A DNA stretch of 24,000 bases, from assembly GCA_963707065.1 (NCBI GenBank), contig CAVPPJ010000006.1, positions 5,930 through 29,929 on the forward strand, written 5' to 3'. This stretch comes from an uncultured Actinomycetes bacterium. Lineage in GTDB: Bacteria; Actinomycetota; Actinomycetes; Streptosporangiales; Streptosporangiaceae. Positions within the stretch are counted from its first letter, which is position 1; each line of letters begins with the position of its first letter. A program made the translations under genes and the position numbers. Under the pieces are notes generated by a model, which did not search any database, was not told the origin of the DNA, and saw only the letters and a program-made list of their open reading frames with translations. Below are positions 1 through 7,219 of the stretch, in pieces.

Positions 1-1
1 G

Positions 2-664
2 CACGCCGGGAAGGAAGCACTGCTGTCGACCGGCCTGTTCCGCAACCGCACCTCGAACCTGGCCATGGTCACTCAGAACGTGCAATGGGCGGTTCTCCTG
101 GGCACGTCGTTTGTCGTGTCCGCCTACCTCCAGGTAGTGCGGCACTACAACGCCGTCCAGACCGGCGTGATCTTCACCGCCGCCACTATCGGCATCTTGC
201 TGTCCTCGCTGGCCGCTGGCCGCCTGGCCAAACGATTCCAGCAGCGAACGCTCATCCTGACCGGTTTCGTGACCACCATCGCCGGGATCATCGTGCTGCT
301 GGTCCTGGTGAAGGGCCACCCCGGCGCCTGGTACTTCGCCCCCGGGCTGTTCCTTATCGGCGTGGGCGTCGGCGTCATGCTCACCCCCTCGGTCAACGTC
401 GTGCAATCCGCCTTCCCGGAAAACCTCCAAGGAGAAATCTCCGGGCTATCGCGCAGCGTCTCTAACCTCGGGTCCTCGCTCGGCACCGCGATCGCGGGCA
501 CCATCCTGGTCGCCGGTCTCGCCGACCCCAAACGGTCCTACGGGATCGCAATGATCGTCCTGGCGTTCATCGGCCTGATCGGCCTCGGCGCAACCATCTT
601 GCTCCCGGCCGCCGAACCCGCACCAAAAACAGGTGCCCCGAGTTCGCAGCCCGAGATCGTTTAG
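2..664 (+). CDS. MFS transporter (DHA2/EmrB-QacA-like), C-terminal part; the 5' end lies upstream of the window
   Basis: The frame is open from base 2 (HAGKEALLSTGLFRNRTSNLAMV...), so the listed Met at 65 is internal. It encodes consecutive hydrophobic helices (GVIFTAATIGILLSSLAAGRL, LILTGFVTTIAGIIVLLVL, GLFLIGVGVGVMLTP, GSSLGTAIAGTILVAG) typical of the C-terminal half of 14-TMS drug:H+ antiporters. Stop codon at 662-664. Confidence 0.85.
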   Translation, partial: HAGKEALLSTGLFRNRTSNLAMVTQNVQWAVLLGTSFVVSAYLQVVRHYNAVQTGVIFTAATIGILLSSLAAGRLAKRFQQRTLILTGFVTTIAGIIVLLVLVKGHPGAWYFAPGLFLIGVGVGVMLTPSVNVVQSAFPENLQGEISGLSRSVSNLGSSLGTAIAGTILVAGLADPKRSYGIAMIVLAFIGLIGLGATILLPAAEPAPKTGAPSSQPEIV

Positions 665-852
665 CCCGGCTGAGCCCACACCTACACAGCGCACAAGTAT
701 GCAGGCGGCCTCGGATGCGTGGCAGCACGAGTACCGCACTGACCGTAGCCTTGCTCATGACGGGACTTATCCGTCGTCGGCTGGCGAGGAATAGGTGGGG
801 CGAAGAAGCCTAGAATTCTCTGGCTGATGCGTTCGCCTATGGAGATTCTCTG

Positions 853-2217
853 GTGCCAGCCCCCCTGCTCGAGACGAAGTTCTATGTCCCGAGGCCGCGA
901 CGTGGCCTGGTGCCGCGTCCGCGGCTGAGCGAGCGGCTGGACCGCGGGGCCGCGTCAAAGTTGATGCTCGTCTCCGCACCCGCGGGCTTCGGCAAGACGA
1001 CGCTGCTCACCGAGTGGCTGGCGGCGGGACCGGCCGCGGCGGCCGATGAGCGGCTGGCCGCGTGGCTGTCGCTCGATCGGACCGACAACGATCCCGCATC
1101 CTTCTGGACTTATGTGATCGCCGCGCTGCGGACGGTGGCAGCCGGGGTCGGCGAGAGTGCGCTGGCCCTCCTGCAGGCGCCCCAGCCGCCCCCGATCGAG
1201 ACGGTGCTTACCGTTCTGCTCAACGAACTGGGCGCCATCGCGGCCGATATCGTGCTGGTGCTCGATGACTACCACGTCATCGACGCGCGCGATGTGCAGG
1301 ACGGGATGGCGTTCCTGCTGGACCATCTGCCTGCGGGGCTGCATGTGGTGATCGCCAGCCGTGCTGATCCCGTTTTGCCGCTGGCACGATGGCGAGCGCG
1401 TGGCGAGCTGGCCGAGATTCGCGCGGTCGAGCTGCGGTTCACGCCCGATGAGGCGGCGGTTTACCTCAACGAGATGATGGGCCTTCAGCTGACGGCGCGG
1501 GACGTGGCCGCGCTGGAGGCCAGAACCGAGGGCTGGATCGCCGCGCTCCAGCTGGCGGCACTGTCGATGCAGGGGCGAGACGACGTCGCCGGCTTCATCG
1601 CCGGCTTCGCGGGCGATGATCGTTACGTCGTCGACTACCTGGCCGAGGAGGTGCTGCAGCGTCAGCCCGACGGTGTCCAGGCCTTCTTGCTGCAGACCTC
1701 TATCCTGGGCCGGCTGAGCGGCCCGCTATGCGATGCGGTCACCGGGCAGGGTGGCGGCAAGGCCATGCTGGAGGCGCTGGAGCGGGGGAACCTGTTCCTG
1801 GTCCCGCTGGATGACCGCCGCCGGTGGTATCGCTACCACCATCTGTTTGCTGACGTGCTGCAGGCGCGGCTGCTTGACGAGCAGCCCGGCCAGGTGCCGG
1901 AGCTGCACCGGCAGGCGAGCGCGTGGTACGAGCAGAACGGCGAGCCGTCGGTGGCCATCGGCCATGCACTGGCCGCCGGGGATTTCGGGCGGGCGGCCGA
2001 CCTGGTCGAGCTGGCCATCCCGGCCATGCGCAGGACCAGGCAGGAGGCCACAGTGCGGGGCTGGCTCGAGGTGATCCCCGACGAAGTGATCCAGGTCAGG
2101 CCGGTGCTCAGCGTGCACTTTGCCGGAGCACTGCTGACTGGCGGCGAGTTCGAGGGAGTTGAGGGCCGGCTGCGGGACGCCGAGCGGTGGCTGGACGCAA
2201 CCACAGCTCACCAGTGA
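853..2217 (+). CDS. LuxR-family LAL/MalT-like regulator, N-terminal NTPase portion (interrupted gene, see findings)
   Basis: GTG start at 853 with GGAG 8 nt upstream. MalT-like N-terminus (PLLETKFYVPRPRRGLVPRPRL). Walker A (SAPAGFGKTTLL) and Walker B-like (IVLVLDDYH) motifs. The frame ends at TGA 2215-2217 without any DNA-binding domain. Confidence 0.8.
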   Translation: MPAPLLETKFYVPRPRRGLVPRPRLSERLDRGAASKLMLVSAPAGFGKTTLLTEWLAAGPAAAADERLAAWLSLDRTDNDPASFWTYVIAALRTVAAGVGESALALLQAPQPPPIETVLTVLLNELGAIAADIVLVLDDYHVIDARDVQDGMAFLLDHLPAGLHVVIASRADPVLPLARWRARGELAEIRAVELRFTPDEAAVYLNEMMGLQLTARDVAALEARTEGWIAALQLAALSMQGRDDVAGFIAGFAGDDRYVVDYLAEEVLQRQPDGVQAFLLQTSILGRLSGPLCDAVTGQGGGKAMLEALERGNLFLVPLDDRRRWYRYHHLFADVLQARLLDEQPGQVPELHRQASAWYEQNGEPSVAIGHALAAGDFGRAADLVELAIPAMRRTRQEATVRGWLEVIPDEVIQVRPVLSVHFAGALLTGGEFEGVEGRLRDAERWLDATTAHQ

Positions 2218-3611
2218 GGGACCACCAGTCCCGGCCGGCCGGGATGGTGGTCACCGACGAGGAGGAATACCGCCGTCTCCCGGCGGCGATCGAGATGTAT
2301 CGCGCCGGACAGGCTCTGGCCCGGGGAGACGCACCCGGCACTGTTCGGCACGCCCGGCGGACGCTTGATCTTGCGCATGAGGAGGACCACCTCTGCCGTG
2401 CCTCGGCATCGGGACTGCTGGGGCTCGCGTCCTGGGGGAGCGGGGACCTGGAGGCCGGGCACCGGGCTTACTCCGCGTGCGTGGCCGGGCTGCGGCGGGC
2501 CGGGTTCATCGCTGACATCCTGGGCTGTTCGATCGCGCTTGCCGACATCCGGATCACGCAAGGTCGCCTCGGCGAGGCGATGCGCACCTACGAGCAGGCC
2601 TTGCAGCTTGCCCCCGAGCAAGGCGGACCGGTTCTGCGGGGAACGGCAGACATTCACGTAGGGCTGAGCGAGCTGCATCGCGAGCGCGACGACCTGCATG
2701 CCGCCACGCAGCACCTGCTGAGGAGCCAAGAACTGGGCGAGCACAACGGGTTGCCGCAGAACCGGTATCGCTGGCGGGTGGCGATGGCCCGGGTAGCGGA
2801 GGCTGAAGGAGACCTGGGCGGCGCACTCGACCTGCTCAACGAGGCGGAGCGCCTGTATGTGAGCGACTTCTTCCCCAACGTGCGGCCGGTCCCGGCGTTG
2901 AAGGCAAGGGTGTGGGTCGCCCAGGGGAGACTCGGTGAAGCTCTCGGCTGGGCGCATGAGCAGGGCCTGTCCGTTGATGATGACCTTTATTACCTGCGCG
3001 AGTTCGAGCACATCACCCTGGCCAGGGTGCTCATGGCGCGGCATGAGGGCGAGCGCGCAGGGCGCTCCGTTCACGAGGCGACCCGACTGCTGGAGCGCCT
3101 CTTGTCGGCGGCGGAAGAAGGCGGGAGGACGGGACGCGTCATCGAGATCCTGGTGCTGCGGGCACTCGCGTACCAGACGCTTGGGGACGTCCCGGCTGCG
3201 CTTGCCGCCCTGGAACCGGCGGTAGTGCTGGCCGAGCCGGAGGGCTACGTCCGAGTCTTCCTCGATGAGGGCCCGCCGATGACCTCTCTGCTGAGAGCGG
3301 CCGCCAAACAGGCGACTACCAGGAACTATGTCCGCCGGCTCCTGGCCGCCGCGAGCGAGACCGGGCACGACGGCCCCAGCAAACAGGCATTGATCGACCC
3401 GCTGAGCGAACGCGAGCTCGACGTGCTTCGGCTGCTCGGAACCGAGCTGGACGGCCCGGCCATCGCCCGCGAGCTCACGGTGTCCCTGAACACCATGCGG
3501 ACTCACACCAAGAACATCTACGCCAAGCTCGCGGTGACCAACCGCCGGGCAGCGGTCCGCCGGGCCGCGGAACTCGACCTGTTGTCGCGAACTCGCAGCC
3601 CCCGAGCCTGA
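2187..3611 (+). CDS. LuxR-family LAL/MalT-like regulator, C-terminal helical-repeat plus LuxR HTH portion (probably continues the 853..2217 frame)
   Basis: Frame is offset -1/+2 from the upstream ORF and overlaps it by 31 nt. TPR-like helical repeats are followed by a C-terminal LuxR/GerE HTH (LSERELDVLRLLGTELDGPAIARELTVSLNTMRTHTKNIYAKLAV). The homolog-like sequence begins around MVVTDEEEYRRLP (Met at 2244). Confidence 0.8.
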   Translation: MAGRNHSSPVRDHQSRPAGMVVTDEEEYRRLPAAIEMYRAGQALARGDAPGTVRHARRTLDLAHEEDHLCRASASGLLGLASWGSGDLEAGHRAYSACVAGLRRAGFIADILGCSIALADIRITQGRLGEAMRTYEQALQLAPEQGGPVLRGTADIHVGLSELHRERDDLHAATQHLLRSQELGEHNGLPQNRYRWRVAMARVAEAEGDLGGALDLLNEAERLYVSDFFPNVRPVPALKARVWVAQGRLGEALGWAHEQGLSVDDDLYYLREFEHITLARVLMARHEGERAGRSVHEATRLLERLLSAAEEGGRTGRVIEILVLRALAYQTLGDVPAALAALEPAVVLAEPEGYVRVFLDEGPPMTSLLRAAAKQATTRNYVRRLLAAASETGHDGPSKQALIDPLSERELDVLRLLGTELDGPAIARELTVSLNTMRTHTKNIYAKLAVTNRRAAVRRAAELDLLSRTRSPRA

Positions 3612-3729
3612 CCCGGCCCGCACGGATCCAGGCGCAGGGCGCTGCCGGTCACCCCGAAGGCGGACGCGCTCCGATGTGCCGGATGCCCGCAGCTGAGCCG
3701 GATGTCCCCGCAGCCGTGAGCGAGGTACC

Positions 3730-3750
3730 GGCGGCCCGGCATGGGCCGCC
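3730..3750 (+). terminator. GC hairpin downstream of the LuxR gene (possible U-tract-less terminator)
   Basis: GGCGGCCC-ggcat-GGGCCGCC forms a perfect 8-bp stem with a 5-nt loop, 120 nt after the stop at 3611. No T-tract follows. Confidence 0.25.
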
Positions 3751-3776
3751 CCCAGCAACCGCGCCCCGTCGCCTGA

Positions 3777-3819
3777 ATCACCACATCAATCACCAGGTGT
3801 GGTGATGCCTGCTCACCAC
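3777..3819. promoter_or_regulatory. Cluster of four (A/C)TCACCA(C/G) half-sites, candidate operator upstream of 3906
   Basis: ATCACCAC at 3777-3784, ATCACCAG at 3789-3796, inverted copy GTGGTGAT at 3799-3806, CTCACCAC at 3812-3819. The outer pair forms the inverted repeat ATCACCAC-N14-GTGGTGAT. The cluster sits about 90-130 nt upstream of ATG 3906. Confidence 0.3.
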
Positions 3820-3905
3820 ATCCGCTCATAGCTTCCGATCAGACCTACGAACGGTCGCAACGCCGGCGGAAATCCGGCCAGGCGGGCAACGGCAAGAGGA
3901 GCACC

Positions 3906-4175
3906 ATGAGCGAGATATCGACCGGCCGCTATCACGGCCCCGGATGGTACGAGATCCGCCTCAAGGGGCACCTCCACAGCCGGTGGTCCGCCTGGTTCGA
4001 CGGCCTGAGCCTCACCAACGAGAGCGACGGCACCACCATCATCCATGGCCCGGTAGCCGACCAGGCCTCGCTCTACGGCCTGCTCCAGAAAACGCGCGAC
4101 CTGGGCCTGCCCCTGATCTCGGTCAATCACGTCGACCCCGACCACCCTGAGGCGCCCGCCACCGAGACCCGATAA
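3906..4175 (+). CDS. Small conserved hypothetical protein (89 aa), function unknown
   Basis: ATG is preceded by AGAGGAG. The motif GPVADQASLYGLLQKTRDLGLPLISV resembles a recurrent small actinobacterial protein type (GPVxDQAALHGLLxxxRDLGLPLxSV) recalled from memory. The sequence looks soluble. Confidence 0.7.
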   Translation: MSEISTGRYHGPGWYEIRLKGHLHSRWSAWFDGLSLTNESDGTTIIHGPVADQASLYGLLQKTRDLGLPLISVNHVDPDHPEAPATETR

Positions 4176-4204
4176 CTCAGCAGTTTCACGAACAGGAGAC
4201 CGAC

Positions 4205-4984
4205 ATGGCCACCACCGTCCAACCCCCAGCAACGAAACCGCCAGCGAGAGGAATCCCGATGACCTCGACAAGGAAGACCGCGCTCGTCGCGGGCATCTTC
4301 TACCTGATCACCTTCATCTCGATCCCCACCCTCGCCCTCTACGGCCCGGTGAAGAACCACCGGGACTGGATCCTCGGCTCCGGCGGCCACACTGCCGTGC
4401 TCGTGGGCGGCTTCCTCGAGGTGATCGTCGCCCTCGCCGGCATCGGCACCGCCGTCACGCTGTACCCGGTGGTCAAACGGCAGAACGAAAGCCTGGCGCT
4501 GGGCTTCGCCGCCACTCGCGTCGTGGAGGCCGGCATGATCTTCACCGGTGTCATCAGCCTCCTTTCGCTGGTGACCTTGCGACAGGACCTGGGCGCAGCG
4601 ACCGGAGCAAACGCGGCCGCGCTGGTCACCACCGGCGCGTCGCACGTCGCGGTCTATAACTGGACGTTCCTGCTCGGGCAGACCCTCATGCCGGGCTTCA
4701 ACGCACTGCTGCTGGGCTCCTTGCTGTACCGCTCCCGCCTCGTGCCCCGCATCATTCCCGTGGTAGGGCTCATCGGAGGCCCCTTGCTCATCGCCGCCGT
4801 CTTCGCCAAGCTGCTCGGCAGCGCTGGGTCGCCCGCAGGGGGCGGCGGGCTGGCCTCAATCCCGGTGGCTGCCTGGGAATTCTCGCTGGGCGTGTGGCTG
4901 GTCGTGAAGGGCTTCCGGCCCTCGCCGATCACCGCGGCGATAGACGCCGCCGCGCCGCCCGCCGAGCGCGGCGTCGCCGCCTAG
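4205..4984 (+). CDS. DUF4386 domain-containing membrane protein
   Basis: ATG is preceded by CAGGAGA. The sequence (RKTALVAGIFYLITFISIPTLALYGPV ... LEVIVALAGIGTAVTLYPVVKRQNESLALGF) matches the DUF4386 pattern I know. Several TM helices are present. Confidence 0.8.
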   Translation: MATTVQPPATKPPARGIPMTSTRKTALVAGIFYLITFISIPTLALYGPVKNHRDWILGSGGHTAVLVGGFLEVIVALAGIGTAVTLYPVVKRQNESLALGFAATRVVEAGMIFTGVISLLSLVTLRQDLGAATGANAAALVTTGASHVAVYNWTFLLGQTLMPGFNALLLGSLLYRSRLVPRIIPVVGLIGGPLLIAAVFAKLLGSAGSPAGGGGLASIPVAAWEFSLGVWLVVKGFRPSPITAAIDAAAPPAERGVAA

Positions 4985-4990
4985 TCCTCG

Positions 4991-5040
4991 GCACGGCAGC
5001 ACGGCCGGGCCCTGGCCAGGGCCCGGCCGTGCTGCCGTGC
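4991..5040. terminator. Perfect 50-nt palindrome, likely a bidirectional terminator between convergent genes
   Basis: GCACGGCAGCACGGCCGGGCCCTGG / CCAGGGCCCGGCCGTGCTGCCGTGC are exact reverse complements. The element lies between the stop at 4984 (+) and the stop at 5058 (-). Confidence 0.65.
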
Positions 5041-5057
5041 GCCGGCGGCCCTAGCGC

Positions 5058-6407
5058 TCATCGGACATGCTTCACGGGCAGGATGGCGAAGGCTCCGATA
5101 ATGGCGCATAGCCCGGCGACCGCGTATAGCACGCCGTAGCTGCCGCCGCCCACCGCCAGGATGGCCGGCGCGATCGCCGGCCCGATCGAAAAGGGCAGAG
5201 CACCGGCGATATTGAACACGCCCAGATCCTTGGCCGCGCTGCGCTTGTCGGGCAGCACGTCCACCACGAGCGCAAGGTCGACGGCCACGTACACGCCGAA
5301 GCCAAGGCCGCTGATGGCCATGCCGACTAGGAAACCATTGAAGCCGCTGGCGATGGCAATCACGAACAACGCCAGGCCGTACACGGTCGACGCGGTGAGT
5401 ACGAAGATCTTCCGCCGGCCGGTTCGGTCAGAGACCTTCCCGCCGATGAGGGAGGCGGCGACCACGACGACGGACTGGACGAGTGTGCCCAGAAATATCT
5501 GCTGCGGCACATCGGACACCGTGCTGCCGATCTTGTCCAGCAGGTAGTAGGCCTGGTAGGTAACCAGGAACGCGTAGGCCATGACGAACATGAAACGGCT
5601 GGCGAAAGCCCAGGCGAAGTCAGGGCTCTTCCGCGGATTGACGTAAAAAGTGCTGGCGAATTCCCGCAGCGACCAGGCCGGCTTCTCCCCCTCGGCCAGC
5701 CGGCGATCTTTCAGGCTCACCGCGAAAAGGAGGATGAAAAACCCGCCGATCGCGCACGGGCCCAGGAACATGGCGAGCAGGTTGCCGGTGAACAGCTTGA
5801 CCAGGAACGTGCCGCACACCGACGCGACGGGCAGGCAGACACCCAGGACACCGGAGACCAGGCCCCGTTGAACGGACGGGACCTGGTCCGCCATCACCGC
5901 CACCATGGCCGCGAGCAGTGCGTTGAAGAACAACTGGGCGATACACCACCCGGCCAGGACGACCGGGACGCTCGGCGCCAGCGCGACAATGAAGATGCCC
6001 AGGGAACCACCCGCCAGGCCGATGACCATCCATGGCCGCCGCATGCCCAGCTGCGACGCGGTGCGGTCACTCATCTTGCCGAAGAACGGGTTACCGACCA
6101 TCGCCACCAGGGCGCCGATCCCGGCGACAAGCGCCAAACTGCCCGGCGCCCGTTCGATCCCAACCAGCGAGTTGATCTTCAATGCCAAGGTGACGAGCAA
6201 GGGCGCGATGAAGAGCAGGGAGGTGCTCATGTACGCCAATGCATACAGCGAAACAAAACCCCATCCCACCCGGTGTGCCGCGGGTGACTCGGGCTCCAGC
6301 GCTGCCTCGGCTGCGGTTCGGTACTTCAATCCGTCCAGCGCGGCCGTGGGAGGCAGATAGGGGCGGGCGGCGGGAGTGCCGCCCCCCGGCTCGGAAACGT
6401 CGGACAT
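5058..6407 (-). CDS. MFS transporter, GPH/MFS_2-like (sugar or glycoside:cation symporter type)
   Basis: I prefer the ATG at 6407 (MSDVSEPGG...) because GAGGAGAG lies just upstream. The longer ORF to 6488 has no such support. About 12 TM helices are present. The motif FFGKMSDRTASQLGMRRPW fits the D-R-x-G-R-R-P(W/F) loop of GPH-type carriers. Confidence 0.85.
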   Translation of the reverse strand: MSDVSEPGGGTPAARPYLPPTAALDGLKYRTAAEAALEPESPAAHRVGWGFVSLYALAYMSTSLLFIAPLLVTLALKINSLVGIERAPGSLALVAGIGALVAMVGNPFFGKMSDRTASQLGMRRPWMVIGLAGGSLGIFIVALAPSVPVVLAGWCIAQLFFNALLAAMVAVMADQVPSVQRGLVSGVLGVCLPVASVCGTFLVKLFTGNLLAMFLGPCAIGGFFILLFAVSLKDRRLAEGEKPAWSLREFASTFYVNPRKSPDFAWAFASRFMFVMAYAFLVTYQAYYLLDKIGSTVSDVPQQIFLGTLVQSVVVVAASLIGGKVSDRTGRRKIFVLTASTVYGLALFVIAIASGFNGFLVGMAISGLGFGVYVAVDLALVVDVLPDKRSAAKDLGVFNIAGALPFSIGPAIAPAILAVGGGSYGVLYAVAGLCAIIGAFAILPVKHVR

Positions 6408-6889
6408 TGCGCTCTCCTCAAGGCGGTAGGGAGCTAGCTGGCGGCATGCCCGGATGGGAACCATGACGACCCTGATTGCCTGGAGCAACCAGGGCTCGGC
6501 CTACCGACCGCCGGCCGCGTCGCCGCGCTCGGCCACACCGTCTACCTCGGTGCCCGCGATCCCAGCCGCGGCGAGGAGACGCGAAGGCGGTCGGCGGCCG
6601 TTTTCGGGGCCTTCAGCGCTTCCGTCCAGGCCGCTGTCTGCGGTCACCCATGCCATGCTCCCGCTGCTCGGCAGGTCCGAGGCGCCGGTCATCGTGACTA
6701 TGGCGAGAGCGGCGCCTTTCCGTCGAGTGCCCGGCCTGTCGTCACGCTGGTGCCTCGCTCGCATGCTCGCCTGTATGCCTGCCTGGTTCGGGTAACTGGG
6801 TGCCCATGCCCAGTGGACCAGGCATTATGCGGGTAGGTGCGCGCTGCCTTCTCCGGGCCGGATCAGGACTGCGCTTCCGGGAGAGGTCG

Positions 6890-7130
6890 ATGCGCAAGAT
6901 GAGAGCTGCGGCGGGGACTGCCGTGTTCCTGGTGATCGCGCCGGGGGTGGTCGCCGGGCTGATTCCCTGTGGCTGACCGACTGGCAAGCGGGCAGTACGT
7001 ATCCGGTGCCGGTGCGCGTTGCCGGCCCGGTACTGGCCAGGACGTGCCCGGACGGCTGCCGAGGCGGCCGCACGCCCGGAAGATCCCGCCGCGATGAGCC
7101 CTGCGGGCAGATCCTGGCGGTTCGGTCATG
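6890..7130 (+). pseudogene. Isoprenylcysteine carboxyl methyltransferase (ICMT)-family gene remnant, frameshifted and truncated
   Basis: ATG 6890 encodes MRKMRAAAGTAVFLVIAPGVVAGLIPCG*. Shifting +1 at about 6967 gives LWLTDWQAGSTYPVPVRVAGPVLA. Restoring one missing base would read GLIPWWLTDW, the conserved N-terminal motif (APGxVAGLxPWWLTGW ... PLRxxG) of actinobacterial ICMT-family proteins as I recall it. A weak RGGRTPG resembles EGxGTPAP. No recognisable C-terminal half follows. The 3' boundary is approximate. Confidence 0.4.
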
Positions 7131-7219
7131 GTCCGCTCATGCCAGGTCAGCGCCCGGCGGCCGTGGCGGAGGGGCAGGCTCAGCAGTCCCTGCACGCTGC
7201 ATGGCCAGCGCTGGCCCGC

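Noticed and set aside
815-853. Direct repeat ATTCTCTGG (815-823 and 845-853) in front of the LuxR regulator start.
   Set aside because: It is only 9 nt in two copies, one overlapping the start codon. It could be chance, and there is no dyad or further copies.
2187-2217. Programmed ribosomal frameshift joining the two LuxR-regulator ORFs.
   Set aside because: The overlap contains no slippery heptamer (X XXY YYZ) and no obvious downstream pseudoknot or hairpin. A mutation or an assembly indel is the simpler explanation.
3678-3714. Direct repeat GCCGGATG(C/T)CCCGCAGC x2 downstream of the LuxR gene.
   Set aside because: It is short, imperfect (16 versus 18 nt) and GC-rich. There is no coding or structural context. 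It is probably a low-complexity coincidence.
2208-3758. Long antisense or out-of-frame ORFs: 2208..3758(-), 9134..10147(+), 14810..15634(-), 14852..15775(+), 14982..16115(-), 19270..20121(+), 20517..21599(-), 21590..22438(-), 22960..23745(-), 13184..13891(+), 13834..14502(+) and others.
   Set aside because: Each lies opposite or out of frame to a gene with clear domain content. Their translations are Arg/Pro/Gly-rich with no motifs. This is the usual shadow-ORF artefact of very GC-rich DNA.
6454-6795. ORFs upstream of the MFS gene: 6454..6795(+), 6501..6764(-) and 6476..6697(+).
   Set aside because: Hand-counted position-3 G/C is about 75-80 percent for both the + and - candidates, so the statistic does not discriminate. 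No motifs, Shine-Dalgarno sequences or recognisable folds are present. The region is left unassigned rather than called.
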